64,000 nt of DNA from Octopus vulgaris (GCA_951406725.2 OX597821.1:84940001-85004000), one strand, 5' to 3'. Shown: positions 1 through 15,639, counted from the first letter of the stretch. Program-made: numbers and translations. Notes: a model not told the origin generated them from the sequence alone.

Positions 1-35
1 TATATATCACAACTCGTGTTCCACATCTCCTTTTT

Positions 36-74
<39 letters not shown>

Positions 75-91
75 GTGTGTATATGTATGGA

Positions 92-159
<68 letters not shown>

Positions 160-161
<2 letters not shown>

Positions 162-662
162 GTAAATCTTGAGTATAATACGCAGGGGATTTTTAGGGAG
201 TTGTACCTCCGAAAAACCTAAACCTTGTGTATAATACGCACCCCTTCTCTAACTTGAGTCGTAGGTAATTAAGCCAGCAGCACCTAGTCGAGCAAACACT
301 TCCGCACATGCGTAATACAATAATGGTGATGTTCTTAACTGTTATATGGGAATGTAAATATGTTTGTAAATTGTTTCTGTTACATGTTATTCTGTGTTCT
401 GAATACTTTTATTTTAATAAATGTTGCTTACTGAAAGTTATGGATGATTCTTTTATGACTTCATTGCTTTTAGGCATAGCTTAAGGTATTTTCGCGCCCG
501 ACATCACAGAATGCGTCTGAATAAACATTGCCGGACAGCAAATAGAGACTCGGACATTGCTTAGAAAATATTTTTCATTATCAACCTTGTATATAATACG
601 CACTAGGAACTTTGACCTTGAAATTTTGGGGAAAAATGCGGATTATACCCGAGGATTTACGG
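160..662. mobile_element. Non-autonomous Tc2-like (Tc1/mariner-pogo group) MITE
   Basis: Terminal inverted repeats CCGTAAATC(C)T(C)GRGTATAA at both ends, flanked by TA inside (TA)n; subterminal direct repeat AACCTTGTRTATAATACGCA; CCGTA termini are typical of Tc2-type elements. Confidence 0.75.
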
Positions 663-707
<45 letters not shown>

Positions 708-715
<8 letters not shown>

Positions 716-824
716 ATCACGTGACCGACCAGAGCATCAGATGTTGCTACACATCGCTGGTCACAATGCGCTTCGCATTGTTTTAGCCTTCGAACGACGC
801 CACCCCGCTGGCTAAGCGAGCAAG

Positions 825-827
<3 letters not shown>
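708..827 (-). mobile_element. SINE/LINE 3'-tail fragment, copy 1
   Basis: Near-identical to 1925-2045 and reverse-complementary to the SINE tail at 31418-31540. Confidence 0.7.
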
Positions 828-881
<54 letters not shown>

Positions 882-947
882 GTATATATATATATACGTA
901 TATATATATATACGTATATATATATATATACGTATATATATATATAC

Positions 948-983
<36 letters not shown>

Positions 984-989
<6 letters not shown>

Positions 990-1677
990 ACAATTGAGGG
1001 TAAAATTAATTAGTTATTAATCAATTTCACCAAGTATTCAGTATGTAAAAGGACCATTTAAGGCGAATTCAAAATATTACATTATATAATTACTAAGCCC
1101 TAATTATATAATGTAATATTTTGAATTCGCCTTAAATGGTCCTTTTACATACTGAATACTTGGTGAAATTGATTAATAACTAATTAATTTTACCCTCAAT
1201 TGTTGATATTATAATTCATTTCTCTCTGTCATATTGCCTCGGTTCTCACCGTTAAAATATAATGTTTGCTAGATAACCCACGTGGGTGGAAGGGGAGAGC
1301 AGTGAATCTTCGCTTGCACATTTTGAATTTGCTAGTACTGGCAGTCTGAACGGGTCATCTGAGGTGATAAGTCGCCAAAGGGTATGTTCTTTCTTTTTAG
1401 TGCTTCCAAATCCAGAATAAGAAATGTTGAGCTGACGAAAGAAATGCTGAGTTTATTTGGCTAATCTAGAAACGTTAACGTTCTCAAATAATCTTTGTAC
1501 TTGTGATATTTTTCTGTTTTTACCTCCATACCTTCGTGAGTTATTTTGAGTAAACATTATCTGAGAGAAATTTTCTTTAAGTAGTGGAAATGGCTAAAAA
1601 ACTTTTTTGGCTGCTATTTCTACAAAGTTCAGTATGTGGCAAAGTAATTTATTTTACTAAGCCTTAATTATATAATG

Positions 1678-1685
<8 letters not shown>
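984..1685 (+). mobile_element. Penelope-like pLTR-derived non-coding element with 5' fold-back and hammerhead motif
   Basis: Perfect 109-bp inverted repeat 984-1092/1101-1209; direct repeat ACTAAGCCYTAATTATATAATGTAATATT at ~1092 and ~1656; hammerhead at 1427-1487; sits in (TA)n. Confidence 0.7.
1427..1487 (+). ncRNA. Type I hammerhead ribozyme motif
   Basis: Stem I TTGAG/CTCAA, CTGACGA core, stem II AGA..TCT, GAAAC, palindromic helix III ACGTTAACGT, GUU cleavage triplet. Confidence 0.65.
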
Positions 1686-1722
<37 letters not shown>

Positions 1723-1734
1723 GTATATATATAC

Positions 1735-1796
<62 letters not shown>

Positions 1797-1856
1797 GTAT
1801 ATATATATATACGTATATATATATATATATATATATACACGTATTTATATATATAC

Positions 1857-1888
<32 letters not shown>

Positions 1889-1924
1889 GTATATATAATT
1901 ATACGTATATATATATATATATAT

Positions 1925-2041
1925 ATCACGTGATCACGTGACCGACCAGACCATCAGATGTTGCTACACATCGCTGGTCACAATGCGCTTCGCATTGTTT
2001 TAGCCTTCGAACGACGCTACCCCGCTGGCTAAGCGAGCAAG

Positions 2042-2045
<4 letters not shown>
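1925..2045 (-). mobile_element. SINE/LINE 3'-tail fragment, copy 2
   Basis: Two substitutions relative to 708-827. Confidence 0.7.
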
Positions 2046-2090
<45 letters not shown>

Positions 2091-2134
2091 GTATATATAT
2101 ATACGTATATATATATATATATATATATATATAC

Positions 2135-2236
<102 letters not shown>

Positions 2237-3229
2237 GTATTATGTATGCATATATGTATGTACATGTAATCTGGTAAGATGACTGTCCACTCCTGACCGA
2301 GAAAGGCCATCACTGACCATTAAGAATATTGCGCATTCAGATGAAATTATACTTTACACTTGTGTCTCTGCTGGTGACTCACGAGTTCAGCTCTTGATAA
2401 ACATATACGTCCGTAGATATTGCCGATCAAGATTGCCCCATACACAACATCAGTTGTGCGATTTTGAGCGACTCACTTAAATTCTGCGTGAAAAAATGAA
2501 TGCAGTTAATGAATAGATGGAGGTGGAAATTGTTAAGGAGACCGAAGGGGAAATTTTTACCAAAACCATCCAACTCTGGAAACAACATTGTGAGAATGTA
2601 GAAGTAATTTCTCTTCGAAAATGGGAAAAAGTAATGATTGGTTTAGTCATTATGAAGCAAAATCTGAAGAACAATATGAATCTGAAAATCCAATCTTGCA
2701 AAGAATAAAACATCACAAATCCCGCATGCAAACAGCAAGGCCTTTATTGGAAAAGCAACTTAAACGATCATCAGAGACACAGAGTTGATAATGCCAATTC
2801 CAGAGCATCTAAACAAAGAAGTAACCCTTTCAGGAACATTATTAATCCGTTCTCCTCAAGACAAAATACTATTTCTCAAAGATGTATTGATAAAGTCATT
2901 ATCGGAAGAAACTGGAACCTCTCTCGTTCGAGACGCAACACTCCTCCGAAATGGTTGACACTATACACGGGAAATTTTAACTATAATGACCACGTTAGAC
3001 AGAAACAACCACAAATGAAACTACGCATCAAAAATTACAACTGTTATGACAATTCTAAACAGGATCGACCACGACCAAGAACATATAATAAGCCAAGGAT
3101 GCACAGAAGAGCAGACAAGAATACTCATAGTTTAAACCAAAAACCGAGGATTTCGTTTTTAAATACCGTGGACGGAACCAAGACACTCGATGGCACGGGC
3201 CAAATGTAACATTCAGAAGACTATAAACC

Positions 3230-4790
3230 TCTCACACAAAACCTATTCAACGTAAAAAATTAAAAACTCTCTCAAAAAGGCTAAAATTTACTTCAGCTTC
3301 ACAAAACTCCAACATAAGCGAAATACAGAACGATGTCTAGGAATGTAGAAAACTATGCATAACAGGAGAATTATTTGACAAACAAATCAATGATGAATCA
3401 GTGCTTCATAATGAAAGCAACTGCAGTTCAACAAAAGATTGGAACCAAACTTTGGAGAAAATTTGTGATTTTGTAAACAATTTTCCTTATGATTTACAAC
3501 CACATCCAAAATTTAAAACAAATACTAGCCGAAACAAATGAGAAATCAATGATATCAATGATAATAGTAATTAAAGAAGCTAATAAAAGTAGTGCTGTAG
3601 TCATTATGAACTCAGAACTATTTATAAACCCTGCGCTAGCTCTTCTTCGTGACAACACTTATTATGAAAAGGTTAACAATTACCAACAACCCAAAATAAT
3701 GAAGAAACTCGCTACCTTCACCCAACAGTTCCAAAGGGATTTAATGGGAAAAGGACTGTTTAATAAGTTTTGACAGCAAAACCAGCGCGGACTCCCCAAA
3801 ACTCACAAGAGTGAAGCAATAAATGAAAAGAGTATAAGATCAATCTCATTGGTTGTTGATAACCCATATCCCAAAAATCTCCGATTAAGACAAATTGTGG
3901 TAGGTCCGACCAGTAACTTTACTGACAAACTCTTAAAATCCCTTCTTAAACTTATACCGAGCTTCGTTAAAGATCATTTAGACGTTTTAAATATCTCCCG
4001 AGCAAAGCAGACTCTTTTTATCTCATTCGATGTAATAAATCTGTACACTTCAATATCGCCCGAATACGAAATAGAAGCAATACAGTTCAAGCTGAAAATT
4101 TTTCCAAACTGAGAAAGGATTTATCATTGAGAGATTAAAGTTCATCATACAAAATAACTTTTTAAACTTCAAGGACAGCACTTGTAGATAAATATTTGGG
4201 ACTACAATGGAGTCGAAGTTAGCCCCCACTTTTGCTAACTTTGTCATGGCATATTTAGAAGTCTAAATATAAGAACATGGCAGACTGAAACTCGGCGATA
4301 ACTTCCATTAATACCTACATGCCAACTGGAAACGCTACTTGGACGACTGTTTCATTCCTTGGTCACATAATCTGAATCAACTCTTGCAGTTTAAAAGCTT
4401 AATTAATAATATAAACCACACTATCCAATTTACAATGGAATACGGTCAAAAACAGCTCTTCTTTTCTGGAATCCTTATCATAAAAAGGGATACTAACATT
4501 GAAACCGACATCTACTTTAAAATAACAGCGCTAAACAATATCTACTATTTTTTTCCTGCCAGCCAAAGCATACGAAAATCAATATCCCTTTTTTACTTGG
4601 GAACAAGAACTTGCACAGTTATATTCAATCCCGAATCCCGCAAGAAGCAACTCCACAACTTTAAAATATATTACTCAAAAGACGATACCTGGTCAATTTA
4701 ATCAGTAATGGAATAGAACGTGCAAAAACGCTAGACATCCAAGAATTACAAAAAAGAAAAAACTCCCAGATACACTCAATACTTTATGTT
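3230..4790 (+). pseudogene. Decayed Penelope-like element reverse transcriptase
   Basis: Frameshifted motifs IKEANKSSAVVIMN, LRLRQIVVGP, FISFDVINLYTSI, GTTMESKLAPTFAN, WKRYLDDCF, IQFTME, IETDIYFK; multiple stops; GIY-YIG domain absent. 2240-3230 may be its N-terminal region. Confidence 0.9.
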
Positions 4791-4894
4791 ATGTAAAAGG
4801 GTAAAGACCCCAATCGGTCATGAATGACCATGAGATTGCGCCGAGAAAGTTACCCTCCGGCACAAGTCCAGGCAAGATTATTTATGGAAGGTCA

Positions 4895-5357
4895 ATAAGA
4901 TGGTGCTTATTGTGGCTATGACTTGTTTTGACTCTTATTTTTAGCAATACTGGTGCTTTAGTGACGTACATATTTTTGCCTTTCGGTTGAAAAGTTGCTA
5001 ACAAGACACCTTTATTATTTATAATTTACACCATTGCCATTTATGAAATCAGTGTATGATTTCTACGGTGATCTTATAGGCTGGCAAGGCGACTGGAGTT
5101 TAACCCAAGTTTCCAGTAAGAGCCACTGACGAGCATTAATGTAAATGCGAAATCACTGGTGATCTGCCTATGCCCGGTGCGTAGGGAGTTGGCCTCCCTT
5201 GTCAGTCTATAAGATAGTGCTTATTGTGGCTAAGAGTTGTTTTCACTCTAATTTCTAACAATACTGGTGCTGAATAGCGCCCTCAGTCGCTTTAGTGGCG
5301 TATATATTTTTGCCTTTCAGTTGAAAAATTGCTAACAAGTCACCCTTATTATTTATA
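4895..5357 (+). mobile_element. Direct-repeat-bounded hammerhead element (pLTR/retrozyme-like)
   Basis: Diverged direct repeats ~4895-5022 and ~5209-5357 flank a hammerhead fold. Confidence 0.65.
5121..5169 (+). ncRNA. Type I hammerhead ribozyme motif
   Basis: CTGACGA, stem II GCATT/AATGC, GAAA, stem III TCAC-TG-GTGA, AUC triplet, stem I AGCCA/TGCCT with one mismatch. Confidence 0.7.
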
Positions 5358-5875
5358 TACATATTCATATGTATATACAATTTTTTAAAAATTTCTATCG
5401 GTTTGTTTCGAGACTCATAAATTATAATGGTTATTGAAAAGTTTTGTCTTTTTTTCGGCATATTTGGCATTAGAATTTTTCTTTTGCCTTTATCTTGTAA
5501 ACATATGTATATACATGTATACACATACACACACGCACACGCACTTATATCGCAGCAAGTTGACGCATAAACAAAACACACACTATGTATGTGCGCGACC
5601 GATAATATTTACATTATTAAAGCTACTTTTAATTCGAAATTAAACACACACACACAGAATATATATATATATATGTATATGTTATATATGTGCGCGGTGT
5701 GTGTAGATGTATGTATGTATATACAAATATGTATACACATACATACATACACATACATACGCCACTTATATATATTATATTATATATATATATAATATAT
5801 ACATATACATATATATATAATAATATATATATACATACATATATATATATACGCACACACTCTTATATATGGATA

Positions 5876-5925
<50 letters not shown>

Positions 5926-6489
5926 TATATACATACACATATATATACACACATATATATATACATATATATACATACACATATATATATACACACACAT
6001 AACACACACATATATATATATATATATATTCACACAGTTATCAACTATACATGCACGTGAGCTATACCACACATACACACATACATTAATGACCACTTGT
6101 ACGGCTTTCTTAAATCGAGATCTTCTGGATTTTTGCTCGCGAATGTCGCTTAAATATGATCCCACGCATTTGAAATAATTTGGTGGAAATTTCGCAATTG
6201 CGTTTGCTATCAGTAGATCATTCGATCGTATCTCTCAAATGAGTACAACAGTTTTCATGGCTATTAATCTTACGATTATCATATCGAATTATTTTCTCAT
6301 GCATCAAACAGATATGAATCCTTTTTAGTTTTTGCTTAAAAATTAATTTTATTTGTGATTTGTTTTATATTTTATATGAAAGAAATTTTTTTTACATGAT
6401 TGCTAAATAGCAACCCGTTCATTTCAGAAGATTTCTGATGAAATGGCCAATTTGGATATCAGCAAAGAAGTGGTCACTTGAAATAAATT

Positions 6490-6985
6490 TCTCTTAAGGT
6501 ACAAAGCTTGGAATATTGGGAAGGGTAAGGTCGATTATATCGGCTCCTGTGTTTCGCCGGTACTTATTATACCAACTCCAAGAAGGATGAAAACCAAAGT
6601 AGGCTCCAATGAGATTTGAACTCCGAACGTCCAGGGCCGTAACTATATACCGCAAAGCATTTTGTCCAACACAGTAGCGAATCTACCCGTGTACCAGAGT
6701 CATATGATAAAAGGTAATACTCAACATCAGTGTAGGGCTATAACCCGTCAACCCAGAAGTTCCCTTCTGTTTACTTTTTTAGGCAGATCCACCATTCATC
6801 GCCGATTTGCAACGCTCGTCACGACTTCACCACATCACTCATTCTCGCGACCTGTGTGGACTGGAACATCATGAAATGAAGTGTTTTGCTCAAGTGCGCA
6901 ATACCATGCTCGGTTCAGGGATCAGAACCACAATCTTACAATCGTGGGTGCAACACTCTAATCACTAGGCCACGGGCCTCCACCA
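6490..6985 (-). mobile_element. Two old, diverged SINE copies
   Basis: 6490-6690 resembles SINE family B; 6800-6982 ends in a reverse tRNA-like head. Confidence 0.6.
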
Positions 6986-7092
6986 GTCGCTAGGATAAAA
7001 ATAATATTCGTTTCGAAATTAAGTATGTACGAGGGGAGGGACTTAGTGTGGTTAAATCGACTCCACTTCTTCACTGGTATTTTATTTTACCG

Positions 7093-7345
7093 GGAGGTGC
7101 ATGGCTTAGTGATTAGGATGTCAGCATCATGATCGTAAGATTGTTGTTTCGATTCCTGGACCGGGCGACGCGTTGTGTTCTTGAGCAAAACACTTCATTT
7201 CACGTTGCTCCAGTCCACTCAGCTGTCAAAGATGAGTAACGCTGCGATGGACTGGCGTCCCGTCCAGATGGGGAACACGTACGCCATAGAAACCGGAAAA
7301 CCGGGCCCATGAGCCTGGCTAGGCTTTAAAAGGGTGCATTTATTT
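7093..7345 (+). mobile_element. tRNA-derived SINE
   Basis: A box TGGCTTAGTG, B box GTTTCGATTCC, core TTGAGCAAAACACTT..CACGTTGCTCCAGT; nested in an older family-B copy. Confidence 0.85.
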
Positions 7346-7664
7346 TTTTATTATTTTATTTTACCGACAGCGGGGGAGAAAGGATGAACAGCTAAGTTGA
7401 CCTCAGAGTGATTTGACCTAAAAACATAAAGAACAAGAACAAATCCCACATTAATGATTCTTTTAAGCCACGACCCTTACAAAGAAAAGATATTAATGGG
7501 ATCCAATTTTATTCCAAATAATTACAAAACTTACGACATGATGTTCCGATAGATAAAGGGAAAATATGATGCATACCAAAGATATAGTGAAACCAAATGT
7601 TTTAGTCAATCAAAACTATAGTTCACACACATATATTCCAACATAACAGAATGCAACAAAATAC

Positions 7665-8043
7665 AACTACTTATAGTATATTCGTATTTTCGTGCCTTTC
7701 TAAGCTAGAACGCCGCCCTCGTGTAACAAATTATATGCTTGAGATTTCAGATTGGAATGCACAAGACAAGGTTTATTATAAGACAATGACATACAAAAAC
7801 AAGATTCCAGACATATGATATTTTCAGTAAAGCATGCAGAAGGTAAGAAAAGTCGATTTTGTTTACAAGTGTACGTCTGTGAGAGTGCTGCACCTACTGA
7901 CGTGAATCTGTCAGACAATGTCAGCATCAGCAAGCTTTGCCAATCTCTGTATGACTTTGAGGTTTATAAGAAAAAGTTAGGTTACACGAGGGCGACGTTC
8001 TGGCTTAGAAAGGCACGAAATTATGAATGTACTATAAGTAGTG
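7665..8043. mobile_element. MITE with ~60-bp terminal inverted repeats
   Basis: ACTACTTATAGTA..CCCTCGTGTAAC (7666-7727) inverted at 7981-8042; right end reads CACTA on the minus strand. Confidence 0.7.
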
Positions 8044-8621
8044 TTAAAGACGCACGTGAAACTCAGAAAACCTGGTTTTTGAAACGGCATTATTTCTATG
8101 AACTTCTCAACGGAACAAAAATACGAGCTGTCCGTAAATTACCTTTACAATTTGAAAAATTCAGAAAAATAACGGAAATAATAAGAATAATTCAGGGGAG
8201 TTTATAGGAAAAGTTTTATTAGAAATATCAGGACACTTCCACGTGGATTTCACTGGTTATTTCACGAGTTATTCCTTTATTATTTTTTTCTGAACTTTTC
8301 AAATTGTGGAGGTAATATATGGACACTTTGTTCAATGGGTCAGATGATGTATCAATACATTTGAGCCATTTTTTAGTGTCAAATCTTCAACAAGTTGAAA
8401 ATCCACTAAAACCATCAGACAATCTCCTTAAAAACAAATTTCACTGCGGGGCTGAAAATTAGAAAGTCAACAGCATCCTATCCCACCCCAATATTTCGCT
8501 AACTTGGACCAATCGAAACCGAAAATATAAATGTAACCTGTGTACATTCCCCTTTTTCTGCATTCATGATAATACGACCGCTTCTCTCGAGAGGATGGGA
8601 AGCGATAAATATACCCTAGAA

Positions 8622-8955
8622 GGCGCATGGCTCAGTGGTTAGAGCGTCGAGCTTACGATCGTAGGTTGTGAGCTCAAATCCCGGACCGGGCTGCGTGTTG
8701 TGTTCTTGAGCAAGACACTTTATTTCACGTTGCTCCAGTTCACTCAGCTGTAGAAATGAGTTGCGACGTCACAGGTGCCAAGCTGTATCAGCCCCTTTGC
8801 CTTTCCCTTGGACAACATCGGTGACGTGGAGAGGGGAGGCCGGTATGCATGGGCGACTGCTGGTCTTACATAAAACAACCTTGCCCAAACTTGTGCCTCA
8901 GGGGGTAACTCTCTAGGTGCAAACCCATGGTCAGTGTCTGACCGAAGGGGGTCAA
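8622..8955 (+). mobile_element. Full-length tRNA-derived SINE
   Basis: GGCGCATGGCTCAGTGGTTAGAGCG head, core shared with 7093 copy, distinct tail that also occurs reversed at ~4800-4890. Confidence 0.85.
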
Positions 8956-9520
8956 AAATTAAAAAAAAAATTTAATCAGACGGGCCTCTTATTCTTCGAT
9001 TATAATTCCGTTTACATCTAGATATAGTAAACCGAACTCGATATTTTGCTCTGTTAGCGCCCCCGGAAGAATGAAAGGTAAAAATTGACCTTGGCAATTG
9101 AACCGAGAACTTAAAACGAATGGGATCTTTCATCTGATACTATAACTAATCTACCAGTACACTAACAATACATGCACCCCCGCCGTCTCATATACGACAC
9201 TACGTCTATGTTAGAAACTATTATTTTAATTAATATTTCTCTTTGTTTCTTTATTTCTTTTTATCCTCATATTTAATTACACATAATGAAATAGTACTTT
9301 CGTTTGTTCTACGAAACAAAAGCACCATTGCAGTGCATGACGTAACACATAGAACCACCAACCCTCCCGCACACCATTGGCCGCCACCTTTACCATCTCT
9401 TTGACCTTCCTCTTCCTTACTTCACTCTCCCCCCCCCCGCCCCATCTGCCCTCATCCTACATCTCCCCCCTTCTCTTCCATCAACCTTCATCTACTTCTA
9501 CCTTCTTTTTCTCCTCGAGC

Positions 9521-9551
<31 letters not shown>

Positions 9552-9635
9552 CGCATACATACATACATAGGTATACGTATGCATGTATGTATGTATGTAT
9601 GTATGTATGTATGTATGTATATATATGTATGTATG

Positions 9636-9687
<52 letters not shown>

Positions 9688-9703
9688 CATACATACATAT
9701 ATA

Positions 9704-9735
<32 letters not shown>

Positions 9736-10022
9736 CATACATATACATACATACATACATACATACATACATACATACATACATACATACATACATGCAT
9801 GCATGCATGCGTATGCGTGTGCATTATTTCATTACTGTCTTTCTTCACCGCCGTTCACTTTTCAATGCTCCTCCTCCACCTCCTCACGCTTCAACCACCG
9901 CCCCCTCACATTCCTCTTCCTGCTCATCGTCATAATACTAAACATTCTCAGCATAAAAGAACATACACAAACACACATATGTGTACACACGCACGCACAC
10001 ACACATACACGCATATATATAT

Positions 10023-10159
<137 letters not shown>

Positions 10160-10170
10160 ATGTGTGTGTG

Positions 10171-10216
<46 letters not shown>

Positions 10217-10225
10217 CATACATAC

Positions 10226-10289
<64 letters not shown>

Positions 10290-10627
10290 CGTCTCACAAC
10301 AATTACCTAATATTTAATTGTTAAATTTCTTCTAAGTGCTCTGCCTGCTTGATATCATTGACTTCGTTAGAGCTGCCTCGCTACTGAAGTGTTAATTAGT
10401 TTGAAAGATCTAAGCTTGTGGTCATTAGTCCTCTCCAACACACTCTAAAACATTTTTATACTTCTTTATCACAATCTACGTTATCATATCCAATTACATT
10501 CATAGTTTCAAGGTCGCATTCAACTATAGCAAACTTCCTATATGTCTATACGCACCAAATTTATGACTTAAATACGTACTAAATTGCTATGTTTGTACCC
10601 TACAACTCCACTTTGTTTTATGTATAT

Positions 10628-11033
10628 ACTCTTTTACTCTTTTACTTGTTTCAGTCATTTGACTGCGGCCATGCTGGAGCACCGCCTTTAATCGAGCAAC
10701 TCGACCCCGGGACTTATTCTTTTGTAAGCCAGTACTTATTTTATCGGTCTCTTTTGCCGAACCGCTAAGTAACAGGGACATAAACACACCAGCATCGGTT
10801 GTCAAGCAATGCTAGGGTTACAAACACAGACACACAAACACACACATGCATATATATATACACATATATACGACGGGCTTCTTTCAGTTTCCGTCTACCA
10901 AATCCACTCACAAGGCTTTGGTCGGCCCGAGGCTATAGCAGAAGACACTTGCCCAAGGTGCCACACAGTGGGACTGAACCCGGAACCATGTGGTTGGTCA
11001 GCAAGCTACTTACCACACAGCCACTCCTCAGGC
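10628..11033 (-). mobile_element. SINE family A (tRNA-like head, internal microsatellite, GTAAAAGA tail)
   Basis: High identity to 13072, 47951, 57690, 58661 and 61780 copies. Confidence 0.9.
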
Positions 11034-11039
11034 TATTAA

Positions 11040-13050
<2,011 letters not shown>

Positions 13051-13071
13051 TTTGAAAACTGTTACCAAAAC

Positions 13072-13471
13072 AGGCGTAGGAGTGGCTGTGTGGTAAGTAG
13101 CTTGCTTACCAACCACATGGTTCCGGGTTCAGTCCCACTGCGTGGCACCTTGGGCAAGTGTCTTTTACTGTAGCTTCGGGCCGACCAAAGCATTGTGAGT
13201 GGATTTGGTAGACGGAAACTGAAAGAAGCCCGTCGTATATATGTATATATATGTATGTGTATATGTTTGTGTGTCTATGTTTGTCCCCCAAACATTACTT
13301 GACAACCGATGCTGGTGTGTTTACGTCCCCGTAACTTAGCGGTTCGGCTAAAGACACCGATAGAATAAGTACTAGGCTTACAAAGAATAAGTCCTGGGGT
13401 CGATTTGCTCGACTAAAGGCGGTGCTCCAGCATGGCCATAGTCAAATGACTGAAACAAGTAAAAGAGTAAA
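13072..13471 (+). mobile_element. SINE family A, full length
   Basis: AGGCGTAGGAGTGGCTGTGTGG head to GTAAAAGAGTAAAA tail. Confidence 0.9.
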
Positions 13472-14074
13472 ATCATTTGGAGATATGTGTGTGTGTGTGT
13501 GTGTTTGTGTGTTTGTGTGTGTGTGCGCGTGAGTATGCATGTGTATAGGGAGAGAGAGAGAGATATGTTGAGTAGGATGACAGTAACTAATAACAAATAA
13601 CCAAAGTAGAAATTCTGAGAAGACATTACGAAATTTGGATGAACACACAACACATACAGCATAGCATAAATGATAAAAGAGACAGGGTAACGAGAAGGGT
13701 GTGACGTTGTGTGTGTTCCATTTTAAATGTCTGGTTTAGCGATTTGAAACACACAAATAGAATTAGATAGGTTTGCTTGTTCGTTATTTTCGGAATTTGA
13801 GGGGTTATATAAAATTGGTATTCAGTAAAAGACAATAAGGAACGAGCCAAGCAAATCTACAAATTAAAATCACAAAGGGGACAGGAACAATGCGTTTCAC
13901 TTATTTAAAGAAAAATTACATCAATTGCAAAACCCTTTGTTTGAGAGAATAATAGTGTTAATAGAACAATAATTTAATTATTCAAAACTAAGAGAAACGT
14001 CGCCCTCTGGGGGGAATTTTCCCCGCTCTGTGTATGAGTGTTGATGTGTGCGTGCATGTGTGTGTGTATGTAGG

Positions 14075-14106
<32 letters not shown>

Positions 14107-14148
14107 TGTATGTATGTATGTATGTATGTATGTATGTATGTATGTATG

Positions 14149-14179
<31 letters not shown>

Positions 14180-14185
<6 letters not shown>

Positions 14186-14614
14186 AATATTAGGGAATAA
14201 ATCCAAATTTACAGGGAAAAAATCAGATTTAGGATTAAATCCAATTTTATAGTAAAATATTATATAATATTATTAGAGACAAAACCACTTAATTTTAAAT
14301 CTGGTTACGCCGCAGACCAGCCGTTATCGAACAGACCCACTATAAAAAATTAAAATTAAAAATAAATTAAATAAATAAATTAAAAATTAAAAAAATTAAA
14401 ATTAAAAATAAAAATTAAAACTTAATTAAAATTAAAAACTTCATAATTTGAAACTGACTTGAAAATTGGAAGTCCACCTGAAGATTGTCGATCAGGACAA
14501 GAAACAATTGTAGTGGCGGTTTTTTTGACTTTTTATTAAAATTTTATGTATTGATTAAGTCTTTCCTTGTTTGTTTTGCAAAATAGTGGTTTTGTCTCTA
14601 ATAATATTATATAT
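14180..14614 (+). mobile_element. Penelope-like pLTR remnant with inverted end and hammerhead
   Basis: 29-bp inverted repeat 14261-14289/14586-14614, hammerhead 14474-14516, (TA)n on both sides. Confidence 0.7.
14474..14516 (+). ncRNA. Canonical minimal type I hammerhead ribozyme
   Basis: CCAC CTGAAGA TTGTC gatcag GACAA GAAAC aatt GTA GTGG: complete core, three helices, palindromic loop III, GUA triplet. Confidence 0.85.
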
Positions 14615-14630
14615 ATATATATATATATAT

Positions 14631-14823
14631 ACTCTTTTACTCTTTTACTTGTTTCAGTCATATGACTGTGGCCATGCTGAAGCACAGCCTTTAGTCGAGC
14701 AAATCGACCCCAGGACTTATTCCTTGTAAGCCTAGAACTTATCCTATCGGTCTCTTTTGCCGAACCGCTAAGTTACGGGGACATAAACACACCAGTATCG
14801 GTTGTCAAGCGATGTTGGGGGGA
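14631..14823 (-). mobile_element. SINE family A, 3' half
   Basis: Match to family A tail. Confidence 0.85.
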
Positions 14824-14865
14824 CATACATAAATTGTCTTTGTATATGTGTGTGTGTTTGTGTGT

Positions 14866-14924
<59 letters not shown>

Positions 14925-15389
14925 CCTGTATTATTGCGCAAAAATTAAGGTGACATCATGTATACCTGTTGGTCTCGTTGTTCAGCAAGGGTGCTTCTAC
15001 ATGATCGTTCGACCTGCTGGATAGAACACCCTAATGTTCATGAGATCACAGCCCACCTTCTTAAATACACGGAATATTCTCCAATGTCATTCCTGATATG
15101 CAAAAAGAAAGAAAAGTCACAAGCCGAAGGCCTTTTATAGTGAGTCTGTTCGATAACGGCTGGTCTGCGGCGTAACCAGAACAACCAAGCTTATTTCGAA
15201 ACAGTGATAAAGAGCTTCGGCTCGATCGCTAATTTTGTTAGAAATAGTAACAAAATTTCCCTCAAATTACAAAATGATGCCCTGTCGTCTTACTTTAGGG
15301 AAATGCACATTAGACAATGCAGTTTCACATACGCACAATACGCATACATATGCACAAGGACGAATTATATGAATACACACATATACATG

Positions 15390-15464
<75 letters not shown>

Positions 15465-15639
15465 ATACATGAATGCCTTGTACACCGGAACAGTCAGGAG
15501 GAGACCAACGGCAAGCACCATATGAATTTTGTAAGAAGGTAGGCGAACTTCCAAAACTGATATTACGAAAGATTAATTTAATTTATTTCAGTTTATTTTC
15601 GTTCCTCTTTTCGCTCATGTACTGCCTATATAGGAATCA

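Noticed and set aside
6435-6485. CTGATGA..GAAA hammerhead-like string
   Set aside because: No convincing helix I/III or cleavage triplet
7815-8207. 130-aa ORF
   Set aside because: Crosses a MITE TIR into another inverted repeat; no recognisable domain
8622-8695. tRNA genes at SINE heads (also 24960-25033, 31066, 31229)
   Set aside because: No proper acceptor stem; each continues into SINE core and tail
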